DNA from: Planctomycetaceae bacterium | GTDB lineage: Bacteria > Planctomycetota > Planctomycetia > Gemmatales > Gemmataceae | Reading direction: 5' to 3' | NCBI GenBank assembly: GCA_013823135.1 | Contig: PNLP01000018.1 | Location: 19,541-83,540 of the forward strand | DNA: 64,000 nucleotides | In this document: piece after piece, positions 35,202 through 45,285 of the stretch | How positions within the stretch are numbered: position 1 is the first letter of the stretch | Layout: every line of letters starts with the position of its first letter | The notes under the pieces: model-generated | What the model saw: only the letters and a program-made list of their open reading frames with translations | What the model was told of the DNA's origin: nothing | Databases searched by the model: none | Position numbers and translations under genes: made by a program

Positions 35202-36086
35202 ATGCCCATCCACACTCGCCGTGGGTTCACGTTGATCGAACTTCTCGTCGTGATCGCGATCATCGCGATTCTGATCGGGCTGCTTCTCCCAGCCGTGCAA
35301 AAAGTTCGCGAAGCTGCATCCCGAATGAAGTGCCAGAACAATCTCAAACAGGTCACGCTGGCAACGCATTCCCACCACGACGCGAAGAACTTCTTCCCCA
35401 CGGGAGGCAACCACTGGACTAACCCATTGACTCTCATTGGCGGGGCGCCCGCCGACCCGCCAGCCCAACAACTCTCATGGGCCTTCCAAATCCTGCCGTA
35501 CATGGAACAAGAGACCATCTACCGCATCACCACCGATGCCACGCTAAAAGCACAAGTGATCCCGGCATACTTCTGCCCGAGCCGACGGGCTCCGCTCAAG
35601 GTGGTCACGGGGCACGGGACCCGAGGGGCGATCGATTACTGTAGTGTCACCGGGCCGGGCGGCGAATGGAACGGGACCGGACCTTACAACGGCGTGATCG
35701 TCAGGAATTACCGTGGCGACCAGGCAAGTGGCGTGGCGCTGACGGGACTCTGTCGGATGGATATGGTCACTGACGGCACCTCAAACACAATTGTGTTCGG
35801 CGAGAAACGGCTCGACCCGACTCGCTACACCATCGGCACCGACTTCGACGACACTGGTTACGCTGCTGGCTGGGACAACGACAACGTTTGCATGACAAGC
35901 TACACCTTTGACCGAGATTCAACATCTGCGGGGCAGCACCAACTCGGGTCATCGCACCCCGCAGGGATGATGTCCGCGTTTGCCGATGGCTCGGTCCGAA
36001 TGATCCGCTACGGCATCCCGACGGCAACTCTGAACAACCTTGGCAACCGCCAGGATGGGCAGATCATCGACATGAACGGGCTATGA
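35202..36086 (+). CDS. DUF1559 protein with prepilin-type N-terminal cleavage/methylation signal
   Basis: RRGFTLIELLVVIAIIAILIGLLLPAVQKVREAASRMKCQNNLKQ, plus the C-terminal SSHPAGMMSAFADGSVR motif. Confidence 0.85.
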   Translation: MPIHTRRGFTLIELLVVIAIIAILIGLLLPAVQKVREAASRMKCQNNLKQVTLATHSHHDAKNFFPTGGNHWTNPLTLIGGAPADPPAQQLSWAFQILPYMEQETIYRITTDATLKAQVIPAYFCPSRRAPLKVVTGHGTRGAIDYCSVTGPGGEWNGTGPYNGVIVRNYRGDQASGVALTGLCRMDMVTDGTSNTIVFGEKRLDPTRYTIGTDFDDTGYAAGWDNDNVCMTSYTFDRDSTSAGQHQLGSSHPAGMMSAFADGSVRMIRYGIPTATLNNLGNRQDGQIIDMNGL

Positions 36087-36098
36087 TCCGGTCACTTC

Positions 36099-36118
36099 GC
36101 GGCCTTGCCGAAGGCCGC
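36099..36118. terminator. bidirectional hairpin between convergent DUF1559 and desulfhydrase-family genes
   Basis: gcggcctt gccg aaggccgc, an 8-bp GC-rich stem in a 43-nt spacer. Confidence 0.4.
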
Positions 36119-36129
36119 TGTGTCATATT

Positions 36130-37164
36130 TCACATCTCCGGCAGCACCGCGTTTGGTTCCGCGAAGATCGCCGGGATGCCGCCGGTGTGGATGAACACCA
36201 GCACGCTGCCGGGGCGGTAATTGCCCGCTCGCACGTCCGCGATTAACGCAGCCATCGCCTTCGCGGAGTAAACGTGATCGAGCAGAATCGCCTCGTTCGT
36301 CGCCAGGAGTTTCAATGCCTCGCGGCCCCCTGGAGAGACGAGGCCATAGCCGGGAGCGACATACGATTCGTCGGCGTCGATGTCCGCAGCGGTCAGGCGG
36401 TGCGGCAATCCCAGGCGCTCGGCGGCGGCGTTCGCGTCGTCGGCCATGCGAGTCGGAATGTCCCACGGCCAGTGCATCGGGCAGATGAGCCGGGCCAGGC
36501 AATCCAACCCCAATAGCGACTTGCCCAGCGCGACCCCCGCACCCGTTGCACCTGCCGAGGAGACGTACAGCGCGTCGGGCTTCAGTCCCATCGCCGTGAG
36601 TTGCTCCGCGATCTCGGTAACGCACAGAACGTAACTCACCGCCGACAGCGGCACCACTCGCGGCGGGTTCCAGAAGTATGGCTTCCGCCCCGCGCGGCGT
36701 AACTCATCGGCCTTCGCCGCGAGGAGTGCGTTCAGTTCGGGGCCAATCTTGGCGTCAGTGAAATCGACGTGTGCCCCAACAAGGTAATCGAGCAGCAGGT
36801 TCCCCTGCGGTTCGGTCTTGTGGTGTGCCCGACTCAGGTAAAGGCGACATTCGAGGCCGAGCTTCGCACAACCCGCGGCGGTCTGTCGGCAGTTGTTCGA
36901 TTGAACCCCTGCCCCCCACACGAACATGTCGCAGCCCTGATCCACGGCATCGCCGATCAGGAATTCGTTGTGGCGGGCCTTGTTCCCACCGAGAAGCAAC
37001 CCGGTGCAGTCGTCGCGCTTCACGAACACGCGAACGCCTCCACCGATCTTCGCAGCAAATCGTGGCACCTCTTCGAGAGGTGTGGGTAGGTGTGCGAGAC
37101 GTGTCCGCGGCAGCTTGTCCACGGAACTGCGAACTTGGGTTGGCGTGAGAGCGGGGAACGACAT
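36130..37164 (-). CDS. PLP-dependent D-cysteine desulfhydrase / ACC deaminase family enzyme
   Basis: HLPTPLEE, VKRDDCTGLLLGGNKARHNEF (PLP lysine region), and a tryptophan-synthase-beta-like fold length. Confidence 0.75.
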   Translation of the reverse strand: MSFPALTPTQVRSSVDKLPRTRLAHLPTPLEEVPRFAAKIGGGVRVFVKRDDCTGLLLGGNKARHNEFLIGDAVDQGCDMFVWGAGVQSNNCRQTAAGCAKLGLECRLYLSRAHHKTEPQGNLLLDYLVGAHVDFTDAKIGPELNALLAAKADELRRAGRKPYFWNPPRVVPLSAVSYVLCVTEIAEQLTAMGLKPDALYVSSAGATGAGVALGKSLLGLDCLARLICPMHWPWDIPTRMADDANAAAERLGLPHRLTAADIDADESYVAPGYGLVSPGGREALKLLATNEAILLDHVYSAKAMAALIADVRAGNYRPGSVLVFIHTGGIPAIFAEPNAVLPEM

Positions 37165-37628
37165 GCGGTCACCTCGGGAACGGGTTGTCCTTCATCGTCA
37201 GGGTATGAGCACACGAGAAAACTGAGCAAGGGCGGCCATCGAGCAATGTATCACAGGTATCACGATCGTCAGAGTCGTGCGTGTCTCGCGTCCTTTCGCC
37301 AGACGGGAATCTTCCCAGAGTGCCAGGATTCCCGCGCAAACTTGAGTCCGACTGACCTTCATTTATTGAGACAGTCCGGGTACTAACGATGAAGAGAGAA
37401 GAATCCAATACCGCACACCGAGAATCGAATAACTGTACAGAGCAACAGAACCGAACCTGAACACGAGGCGATGTGTCCAGAAAATCTCCAAGTTGAATTG
37501 TCCTGACGGAAGTGCAGCCCTTGATCTGAGAAATTTTGCGTCGCTGCGACATTCACCCGCTGTAGGCGCTTCTAGAATGGAATAGTTGAGGGGTGCTTGA
37601 GGCCCCAACCCACTTACCGGGAGCCACG

Positions 37629-38123
37629 ATGAGCAACATGCCCAATCGAGCCACCAACCCAGCTGGCAAGCCGCGGAAGAAAGAGCTCGCACTGGACCTT
37701 ACGACGGCCCGACAGATGCTCCCGCTCGTGAAGAGCATCGTGTCCGATATCGTGAATTCTCGGCTGGTTTTGAGCCGGTTGACTCCTGAACAGGAACGAC
37801 TCGACCGGCACCGCCGAGATCTGGTCTGGCAAGAACGCCATCGCCGTTATCAGGTCACGGATGAAATTGCAGCCGTAGAACGAAAACTTACCGTTGCGAC
37901 TGGCGAACTCGCCGGTCTCGGCGTCAACCTTGTCGATGAAGAGGCCGGGGAGGTTGACTTCCCCACGAAGATCAACGGACGCCCAGCCGCGTTCACGTGG
38001 AAGTACGGCGACGATGGTGTTGGCCATTGGCACTACCAAGGTGAAGACCAGCTTCGACCGATCCCGAACGACTGGGATCAAACCACCGGGGCGGTTCCCG
38101 CACGCTACCGCGGGCAACCGTAA
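37629..38123 (+). CDS. DUF2203-like protein
   Basis: ARQMLPLVKSIVSDIV, a helical hairpin, then GEVDFPTKINGRPAAFTWKYGDDGVGHWH, resembling the DUF2203 pattern. Identified from memory only. Confidence 0.55.
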   Translation: MSNMPNRATNPAGKPRKKELALDLTTARQMLPLVKSIVSDIVNSRLVLSRLTPEQERLDRHRRDLVWQERHRRYQVTDEIAAVERKLTVATGELAGLGVNLVDEEAGEVDFPTKINGRPAAFTWKYGDDGVGHWHYQGEDQLRPIPNDWDQTTGAVPARYRGQP

Positions 38124-38148
38124 CGATCTGGAGAACTCGAACAACACG

Positions 38149-38180
38149 CACGGGCGGCCAACTCCAGTTGGTCGCCCGTG
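38149..38180. terminator. hairpin between convergent DUF2203-like and LOG genes
   Basis: cacgggcggccaact..agttggtcgcccgtg, a ~14-bp stem with one G-U pair. A second small hairpin acgccgc-aa-gcggcgt lies downstream. Confidence 0.45.
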
Positions 38181-38221
38181 TGGCGTTTCTGATGGTGCGA
38201 CGCCGCAAGCGGCGTAACCCA

Positions 38222-39256
38222 TCACGCTTCAGTGTTGATCGTGTCAATCAGTTGCCGTAACCGACCGATCGCATGCCTGTCGAATCGGAACTTGAGCCGG
38301 GGGAGTTTCGCCAGTTCCGGCTCGTTCGTCTCCTCGTGGAGCGCATCGACCTGCTCAAACTTGCCACCCGCCAGGATGTCACCGAACCCCCAGCGAATCT
38401 GCTCCAGTAAGTGATTGTTTAACCGCGTGCGGAGCCGAAGCACCAGGTCGCCTCGAACGTACCGCATGCTGTGATACACCCGGTAGAAGTTCGTCACTTC
38501 CTTCACGGCTTCCTCCACCGAATCCGTCACACGGTAGAGGCTTGTGTCGTACTTCGAGATGTAACCCCGGGCCAGCAGTGCGTCCTCCATGAAACGCTGC
38601 CAGAGCTTCCAGTAGTTGCCGCCGGGTTCGTCCACCATCACGATGGGGAAGATGTGCGACTTACCGGTCTGCACCAGGGTCAGTGCCTCGTAGGCCTCGT
38701 CGTGGGTACCGAACCCGCCGGGGAATAACACGACGGCATCCGACTCCTTGATGAACATCAACTTGCGGGTGAAGAAGTACCGCAGCGTGACGAGCTTCGG
38801 ATCGCCGTGAACCACCGGGTTGGCCGACTGCTCGAACGGCAGCAGGATATTGAGCCCGAAGCTGTTGTCGCGACCCGCCCCGCGGTGTCCCGCTTCCATG
38901 ATTCCGCTGCCGGCCCCGGTGATCGCCATCCAGCCACTCTCGACGATCCGTTTGCCGAACTCCTCGGCTGCGGCGTAGGCGGGGTGGTCGGCTTTCGTGC
39001 GGGCGGATCCGAAGATGACGGCTTTGCGTGTGCCGCGATAGGCTGCGAACACCTTGAAGCAGTACCGCAGTTCGCGAACGGCGGTCGCGACGAGTTTCAC
39101 GTCGCCACGGCTCGCATGGTCGCGGAGCAGCTTATCGGCCGTTTCCTTGATCTGCGTTGCGAACTCTTCCGCCGTCGGTGGTTTGTAAGCCTGTGCGACT
39201 TCGGGCGGTTCGGGATCGACGATCGCGTCGAAGGGCGTGCGGGGGAGAGAATCCAT
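38222..39256 (-). CDS. LOG-family / TIGR00730 Rossmann-fold nucleotide-binding protein (extended form)
   Basis: VIFGSAR, ITGAGSGIMEA and PGGFGTHDE (the PGGxGTxxE LOG signature), with extra N- and C-terminal regions. ATG 39256 is preferred to TTG 39265. Confidence 0.8.
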   Translation of the reverse strand: MDSLPRTPFDAIVDPEPPEVAQAYKPPTAEEFATQIKETADKLLRDHASRGDVKLVATAVRELRYCFKVFAAYRGTRKAVIFGSARTKADHPAYAAAEEFGKRIVESGWMAITGAGSGIMEAGHRGAGRDNSFGLNILLPFEQSANPVVHGDPKLVTLRYFFTRKLMFIKESDAVVLFPGGFGTHDEAYEALTLVQTGKSHIFPIVMVDEPGGNYWKLWQRFMEDALLARGYISKYDTSLYRVTDSVEEAVKEVTNFYRVYHSMRYVRGDLVLRLRTRLNNHLLEQIRWGFGDILAGGKFEQVDALHEETNEPELAKLPRLKFRFDRHAIGRLRQLIDTINTEA

Positions 39257-39378
39257 TGGAATCAACGCTGAGCGGTGAACGGGGGCGACAAACGCAACCC
39301 CATTCTACGCGACAGGACAACGTATTGAGCCAAGGACGTGCGTCGAAACCCGGCTGAAGTGCCGGGTTCGAAGAATGA

Positions 39379-40986
39379 CTACTTTGCCTCTGCAACCGTC
39401 GTGGAAGGAATCTCGGGGACGGGTGCGGCTTTGCGGGCAGCGTTCACGATGGGTTGCGGGAAGATGCCGAAGAACAGCGTTGCCCCGGCGAGTGCAACAG
39501 CGCCGATCAGCGTCGGAGCCGACCGCGAGCTTCGGATCGGGTTCAGGGCGGTTCGCAGGTACATCACCCCAATGACCCGCAGGTAGTAATACGCCCCGAT
39601 GGCAGCGTTCACGGCCGCGACCACCGCGAGCAGACGGTACAGGTTCCGCATGGTGGCGGTGTCGGCCGGGGCGGTGAACGCCCCCACGAACAGGAGCAAC
39701 TTACCGGCAAAACCAGCTGTCAGCGGCAAACCGATGAGGCTGAACAGGAAGATCGCCATTGTGCCGGCCGAGATGGGGTGCGTCTGACCGAGCCCCGCGA
39801 GGTCGTCGATGGCATCAACCGACCGTTCCGGGGTGCTCAGGTAGAGGATGACGGCGAACGCACCGAAAGTCATGAGCCCGTAAGCCACGAGGTACACGAG
39901 CAGTGCGTCGATGCCGCCGACTGCTGGGCCGGTCACCAATCCCTCCGCCCCATACCGCAGGTTGCCGGTCGCGTCGGGGAGCGAGCAGGCCACCACGATG
40001 CCGATGAGCATGTAGCCGCCGTGTGCCACGCTGGAATACGCGAGCATTCGGCGGATGTTGTCTTGAAGAAGGGCCAGCACGTTTCCGATTGTGATCGTCA
40101 GGATCGCGAGGATCCACAACAGCAGTGGCAACTGCGTGTTCGCGTCGAAGGGAATGTGGCGGCTATCGCTGCCGACCAACCCCAGGACCCGAGCGAGTGC
40201 CACGAACCCCGCAATCTTCGGGAGCACCGCAAGCATCGAAACCACACCACCCGGCCCGCCTTCGTACACGTCGGGTGCGTAGAAGTGGAACGGCACGGCC
40301 GTGATGCGGAACCCGATCGCAGCGATGACCATCACGATGCCAACCAGTGCCATCGGCGAGAGCACCTCCGCGTTCGCTTTCGTGAGGGTATCGACGATGA
40401 CCGCGATGTTCGTGCTTCCCGTCAGCCCGTAGAGATAGCTGAACCCGAACAGGAGCACGGCCGACGAAAGCACGCTCAGCAAGAAATACTTGGCCGCGGC
40501 TTCCTGGTTCCGCTTCGTTCGAACAGGAAGGTAAAGCAGGATGTAGGTCGGAATGCTGATGAGTTCGAGTGCGAGAAACAGCGTGATCAGGTCGTTCGCA
40601 CGGCCCACCAGCGAGGTGCCCGCGACGGCGACGAGCAGGCAGCCGTAATACTCAGCCGCGATCGAACGGTTCACTTCCGGCCACGAGATGAACAGGAGCA
40701 CGGCCGCGCTGATGAGGGCCACCCATCTAACGAACCCACCCATGGCGTCCGGCACGATCGAAGCGGTGGTCAGCACTTCCGGGGTGGCGGTCTTCACCGT
40801 GCCAGCGACAACCATCGCCGCGATCACGCCCAGCAGCGAGGTGGTGAACCAGATCCAACGGCGGTTGAAGATGCTGCCGAACAGAAACACAATGCACGCC
40901 GTGCCGACCAGCACGATCTCCGGAACAACGAGCCGGAAAACGCCACTGAGCGTGTGTTGCAACTGTGGATCGGACAGCGGGTTCAC
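39379..40986 (-). CDS. nuoN: NADH-quinone oxidoreductase subunit N
   Basis: Last gene of the nuo array. Polytopic antiporter-like protein (LELISIPTYILL, KYFLLSVLSSAVLLFG). The start is GTG 40986 or TTG 41010. Confidence 0.85.
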   Translation of the reverse strand: MNPLSDPQLQHTLSGVFRLVVPEIVLVGTACIVFLFGSIFNRRWIWFTTSLLGVIAAMVVAGTVKTATPEVLTTASIVPDAMGGFVRWVALISAAVLLFISWPEVNRSIAAEYYGCLLVAVAGTSLVGRANDLITLFLALELISIPTYILLYLPVRTKRNQEAAAKYFLLSVLSSAVLLFGFSYLYGLTGSTNIAVIVDTLTKANAEVLSPMALVGIVMVIAAIGFRITAVPFHFYAPDVYEGGPGGVVSMLAVLPKIAGFVALARVLGLVGSDSRHIPFDANTQLPLLLWILAILTITIGNVLALLQDNIRRMLAYSSVAHGGYMLIGIVVACSLPDATGNLRYGAEGLVTGPAVGGIDALLVYLVAYGLMTFGAFAVILYLSTPERSVDAIDDLAGLGQTHPISAGTMAIFLFSLIGLPLTAGFAGKLLLFVGAFTAPADTATMRNLYRLLAVVAAVNAAIGAYYYLRVIGVMYLRTALNPIRSSRSAPTLIGAVALAGATLFFGIFPQPIVNAARKAAPVPEIPSTTVAEAK

Positions 40987-41030
40987 GGTTGTGTGGCCTC
41001 TTGAATACAAACTAGCCGGGAGCGGAGACC

Positions 41031-42851
41031 CTACTTGCCCTTCTTTGGCGTGCTCTTCGGAGCCACCGGTGCCAGTTCTACCACGTCTGGCGGGATCGCC
41101 TCACCCTTCACGCGAGCACGAGCCCCGTCGCCAATGTGCGAGAGGTAGCTCACGTCGGTTTTGAGCGAGTCGAGAACCGGCTGTGGGTACAACCCGAGGA
41201 TCAGGCACAAGCCGGCCAGCGATCCGAACGCGAACAACTCGCGGCGGCTCACGTCGGCGGGCGGCGTTGCGGATTCCGGTTCCGCGGGGTGCGGTTCCTT
41301 CAATGGGCTGAAGAACACCTTCTGAAGCATGGTCATGATGTACCACGAACTCAGGAAGATGCTGAACGCCGCGATCACGGACAGCGTGTAGTGGTGGCTG
41401 TGCGGCATGTCGGCGTGGAACAGACCGGCCAGCATCAGCATTTCGCTCACGAAGTTGTTCAGGCCCGGAAGCCCGATGCTCGCAAGGCACAGGATGAACG
41501 TCAGCAGGGCGAAGTTCGGGAACCGCCCCATCAAGCCGCCGTATTGGGAGATCTGCGTTGTGCGGTAGCGGTCCAGCAGGAACGCGAGCAGGGCGAACAC
41601 GGCCCCGGTGCTCAGACCGTGGTTCACCATGTGCAGCACGGAACCACTCAGCCCCTCGGCGTTGAATGCGAAGATCCCCAACACCAGGAAGCCGAGGTGC
41701 GACACGGAGCTGTACGCGATCATCAGCTTCATGTCTTTCTGGGCGTAGGCACACAACGCGGCGTACACGATGCCGAACGCGGCCAGCGAGCCGACCACAG
41801 GCAGACCGTACATCAGTGAGGCGTCCGGCACCAGAGGCAGCACGAACCGCAGGATGCCGAAGGTTCCCAGCTTCGCGAGCAGCGCCGCGAGCAGGATGGT
41901 AACGCCGATCGGTGCTTCGCCGTAGGCACCGGGGAGCCACGTGTGGAACGGCCAGATCGGCACCTTCACCATGAAGCCGGCCATCATCGCGATGAACAGC
42001 CAGAACTGGGTCGCGTGGAGTGCCGCCAACTTCTCGGGCTTCCCCGCCAGCGCCTCGTCGTGGGCAATCTTGAGCCAGTGTTGTACGTTCCCCATCAAGT
42101 CCGGCAGTGAGAAAGTGATCTGCCCCGTGAGCGGGTCCGGATTCGTCACGACGACGCCGATCACCCCGACGAGAGTGAGGAGGCTCCCGGCCAGCGTGTA
42201 GAGGAAGAACTTGCGGGCCGCGTCGCGGCGTGCCGACCCCTGGCCCCACTTCCCGATGAGGAAGAACGCGGGGATCAGCGTCAACTCGAAGAAGACGTAG
42301 AAGAGAATCACGTCGAACGAGAGGAACGCCCCGATGGCGGCCCCCTGGAGGAAGAACATCCACCCGAAGAACCCGCCGGGGCGTTCCTTCACCGAATCCC
42401 ACGAAACCAGAATCGCGGGGATCAGCATGAAGCTCGACAACGCCACGAGCCAGAGGTTCAACCCGTCCATCCCGACGAAGAACTGCACATACGGCCCGGC
42501 ACGGTTCGCGCTCGGCGGGGACGAAGTGAGGCTCAGGAGCGTCCATCCGGTGCGGCCATCTTCGCCCGATCGACCACTCGTATCACCAGGGATGAACGTC
42601 GGCTGGAACTTGACAATGTCCTTGTTCCGAAGGGTCGATTGTTCGCCACGCACGTTCAAGTGCATGGTTCCGATCACGACAAGGCAGGTCGTCAGGCCGA
42701 GGTGAACGAACGCAAGGAACAGCGCAGCACGACGCGCACGCCGACCGAACAGCGATACGAAGAACGCGGCCAGGAATGGGAATAGAACCACCATCAGCAG
42801 CAGGAAGCGGCTGGTCCCCGGGGCAGCGACGATCTCGTAGATCTTGTCCAT
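41031..42851 (-). CDS. nuoM: NADH-quinone oxidoreductase subunit M
   Basis: Antiporter-like subunit (WLPGAYGEAPIGVTILLAALLAKLGTFG, AYSSVSHLGF). ATG 42851. Confidence 0.85.
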   Translation of the reverse strand: MDKIYEIVAAPGTSRFLLLMVVLFPFLAAFFVSLFGRRARRAALFLAFVHLGLTTCLVVIGTMHLNVRGEQSTLRNKDIVKFQPTFIPGDTSGRSGEDGRTGWTLLSLTSSPPSANRAGPYVQFFVGMDGLNLWLVALSSFMLIPAILVSWDSVKERPGGFFGWMFFLQGAAIGAFLSFDVILFYVFFELTLIPAFFLIGKWGQGSARRDAARKFFLYTLAGSLLTLVGVIGVVVTNPDPLTGQITFSLPDLMGNVQHWLKIAHDEALAGKPEKLAALHATQFWLFIAMMAGFMVKVPIWPFHTWLPGAYGEAPIGVTILLAALLAKLGTFGILRFVLPLVPDASLMYGLPVVGSLAAFGIVYAALCAYAQKDMKLMIAYSSVSHLGFLVLGIFAFNAEGLSGSVLHMVNHGLSTGAVFALLAFLLDRYRTTQISQYGGLMGRFPNFALLTFILCLASIGLPGLNNFVSEMLMLAGLFHADMPHSHHYTLSVIAAFSIFLSSWYIMTMLQKVFFSPLKEPHPAEPESATPPADVSRRELFAFGSLAGLCLILGLYPQPVLDSLKTDVSYLSHIGDGARARVKGEAIPPDVVELAPVAPKSTPKKGK

Positions 42852-42902
42852 GCGAGTCCACGTTGTTGGCCGTAGTCCCGTTGGGACCACCGCTAAGCAG
42901 CA

Positions 42903-44864
42903 TTATCGTGCGATCCGGAACACCACGAACGTCAGCAGCACCGTGAGGCCCAGCGCCATCGACAGAGCGTAGAACTGCACGAGACCGTTCTGAATCGGTC
43001 GCACCCACCAGCCCACGAACCGCGGGATCGAGGAGATCAGCCGGGTCATGGCATCGAGGAAGCCGTCGAACGCCGACGAAAGGAAGGCCAGCACGCCGCC
43101 CGGCTTCACGAACACCGCCCCGTAGACCTCGTCCACGTACAGTTTGTTCCGCGACAGTGCGAACACCGGTTCGATCGCACCCGGTAGCGTTTCCGTTCCC
43201 TTGCGGTACATCACGAACGCCAGACCCAGCCCGCCCAGCGCGAGCGCCGTGCCGATGCTTGCAAGCCACTTGTTGAAGTGGTGCGGAATCATGTCTGTGT
43301 GCGAGACAGCTTGTGCCTGGAGCAGCGTCGGAGCGTGTTCGAGCAGGTGGCTGAATTTGTGATTGAACGGCTCCACCGCGATTCCGACGAACACCGCACC
43401 GACCGCGAGCACCATCAGCGGCACCGTCATTCGCGAAGGAGACTCGTGGGCATGATGCCCGGCTTCCTCGGGGATTCGTTCCGGTCCCCAGAAGGTGAGG
43501 AAGTACGCCCGGAAGGTGTAGAACGCGGTCATGAACACGGTCACGAGTGACACGAGTAACAGGATGTAGTACCCCCCCGTGTAGCTTTTCCCTTCGTCGG
43601 CTGCTTTGGTGAGAGCTTCGAGAATCAGATCCTTGCTCCAGAACCCCGAGAGCAGTGGCAACCCCGCCAAGGCAGCAGCGCCACAGAGGAACGTCAGGTG
43701 CGTGACCGGCATGAGCTTTCGCAATCCGCCGAATCGCCGCATGTCGATCACCCCGCCCATCGAGTGCATCACACTCCCGGCAGACAGGAACAGCAGAGCC
43801 TTGAAGAACGCATGCGTGAACAGGTGGAACATTGCGGCCGTCACGGCGAACACGGGGCTGATCGCGCCGCCCGTGCCGAGTGCCAGGAACATGTACCCAA
43901 GCTGACTTACGGTGGAATATGCGAGGACTCGCTTCAGGTCATTCTGGGCCAGTGCGATGAACGCCGCCAGGATCGCCGTGATGCCACCGACCGTGGCCAC
44001 CACGATCTGGGCATCGGGGCTCATCGCGAAGAGCGGAGCGCAACGCGCGAGCAAGTAGACGCCAGCGGTCACCATGGTCGCGGCGTGGATCAGGGCCGAC
44101 ACGGGGGTCGGGCCTTCCATCGCGTCGGGCAACCAGACGTAGAGCGGGAACTGGGCACTCTTACCGACCGCACCGCAGAACAGGAGCAGACACGCGGCCG
44201 TGAGTTCGCCCTGGTCGGGCGGGATCTTCGTCATGTAGTCGAACATCGCCGTCAGACTCATGTTCCAGCCGCCCATCTTCCACAGCAGGAAGATGCCGAG
44301 CAGGAAGCCCACGTCGCCGAGGCGCGTATACAAGAACGCCTTCCGGGCGGCGGCGGCAGCCGACGGTTTCTCGTAGTAGTAGCCGACGAGCAGGTACGAG
44401 CAGACGCCGACCCCTTCCCAGAACGCGACGAGCAGGAGGAAGTTGTTCGACAGCACGAGGCCGAGCATGCTGAACACGAACAGGCTCATGATCGCGAAGA
44501 ACCGGGCGTACCCCTTGTCGCCGTGCATGTAACTCGACGAGAAGATCGCGATCCAGGTCGATATGAACGTCACCATCGCGAGCATGATCGCCGAGAGCGG
44601 ATCGACCACGATCTGGAAGCTCACCTTCAAGTTGCCGGCCGCGAACCACGTCATCGGGTCCGAGATAAAGCGGTGGTCGTGATCTGCCGCAACCTTCAGC
44701 AGCAGGATGATCCCCAGCACCGCACCCGTGGCACAGCCGAGAATTAGCGGCACGTGCGCGTACTTCGCCGCCGATCGTTTCGTGATCGCGAGGTAAGCGG
44801 CGAGGATGCAGGCGAGCAGTGGCAAGCCGAGGATGACGAGGGCCAGGTCGATCGGGTCAGACAC
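42903..44864 (-). CDS. nuoL: NADH-quinone oxidoreductase subunit L
   Basis: WEGVGVCSYLLVGYY, GKSAQFPLYVWLPDAMEGPTPVSALIHAATMVTAG and a long C-terminal amphipathic arm. GTG 44864 overlaps the nuoK end by 8 nt (alternative GTG 44906). Confidence 0.85.
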   Translation of the reverse strand: MSDPIDLALVILGLPLLACILAAYLAITKRSAAKYAHVPLILGCATGAVLGIILLLKVAADHDHRFISDPMTWFAAGNLKVSFQIVVDPLSAIMLAMVTFISTWIAIFSSSYMHGDKGYARFFAIMSLFVFSMLGLVLSNNFLLLVAFWEGVGVCSYLLVGYYYEKPSAAAAARKAFLYTRLGDVGFLLGIFLLWKMGGWNMSLTAMFDYMTKIPPDQGELTAACLLLFCGAVGKSAQFPLYVWLPDAMEGPTPVSALIHAATMVTAGVYLLARCAPLFAMSPDAQIVVATVGGITAILAAFIALAQNDLKRVLAYSTVSQLGYMFLALGTGGAISPVFAVTAAMFHLFTHAFFKALLFLSAGSVMHSMGGVIDMRRFGGLRKLMPVTHLTFLCGAAALAGLPLLSGFWSKDLILEALTKAADEGKSYTGGYYILLLVSLVTVFMTAFYTFRAYFLTFWGPERIPEEAGHHAHESPSRMTVPLMVLAVGAVFVGIAVEPFNHKFSHLLEHAPTLLQAQAVSHTDMIPHHFNKWLASIGTALALGGLGLAFVMYRKGTETLPGAIEPVFALSRNKLYVDEVYGAVFVKPGGVLAFLSSAFDGFLDAMTRLISSIPRFVGWWVRPIQNGLVQFYALSMALGLTVLLTFVVFRIAR

Positions 44865-45285
44865 GGGCGGCCTCCTCCTCGGACGGAATGTGCTTCGGCC
44901 GCACACCAGCAGGGGCCAGGCGGTCGTCTTCAGTCACAGCTTCAACAGGCAGCGGAACCGTGTCGACGGTCGGCGGCACGCCCATCTCACGGAGCGATTG
45001 CCAGTCGGACGCATCGAGCGACTTCCCGCGGCGGTACAGCATCAAGAAGAGGGCCAACGCGACCCCCGCTTCACACGCTGCAACGGCGATGATGAACAGC
45101 ACGAACACCTGCCCCTGCAAGTTGCCGTGATACCGGGCGAACGCGACGAAGTTGATCGCCACGCCCTGGAACATCATCTCGGCACAGAGGAACATGGTGA
45201 TCATGTTCCGCCGGGTGAGGAACCCGACGAGCCCGATGCCGAACATAGCGGCGGCGACCGCGAGATAGTGCCACAGCGTGATCAC
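44857..45285 (-). CDS. nuoK: NADH-quinone oxidoreductase subunit K with ~40-aa C-terminal extension
   Basis: The 3-TM core with ACEAGVALAL is typical of NuoK. GTGA start/stop overlap with nuoJ. Confidence 0.85.
   Translation of the reverse strand: MITLWHYLAVAAAMFGIGLVGFLTRRNMITMFLCAEMMFQGVAINFVAFARYHGNLQGQVFVLFIIAVAACEAGVALALFLMLYRRGKSLDASDWQSLREMGVPPTVDTVPLPVEAVTEDDRLAPAGVRPKHIPSEEEAARV

Noticed and set aside
39454-41004. 516-aa ORF on the plus strand, and similar ORFs at 43698-44747 and 41101-42546
   Set aside because: They are antisense or out of frame relative to nuoN/nuoL/nuoM. They are extremely Arg/Asp/Glu/His-rich, with no hydrophobic segments or motifs.
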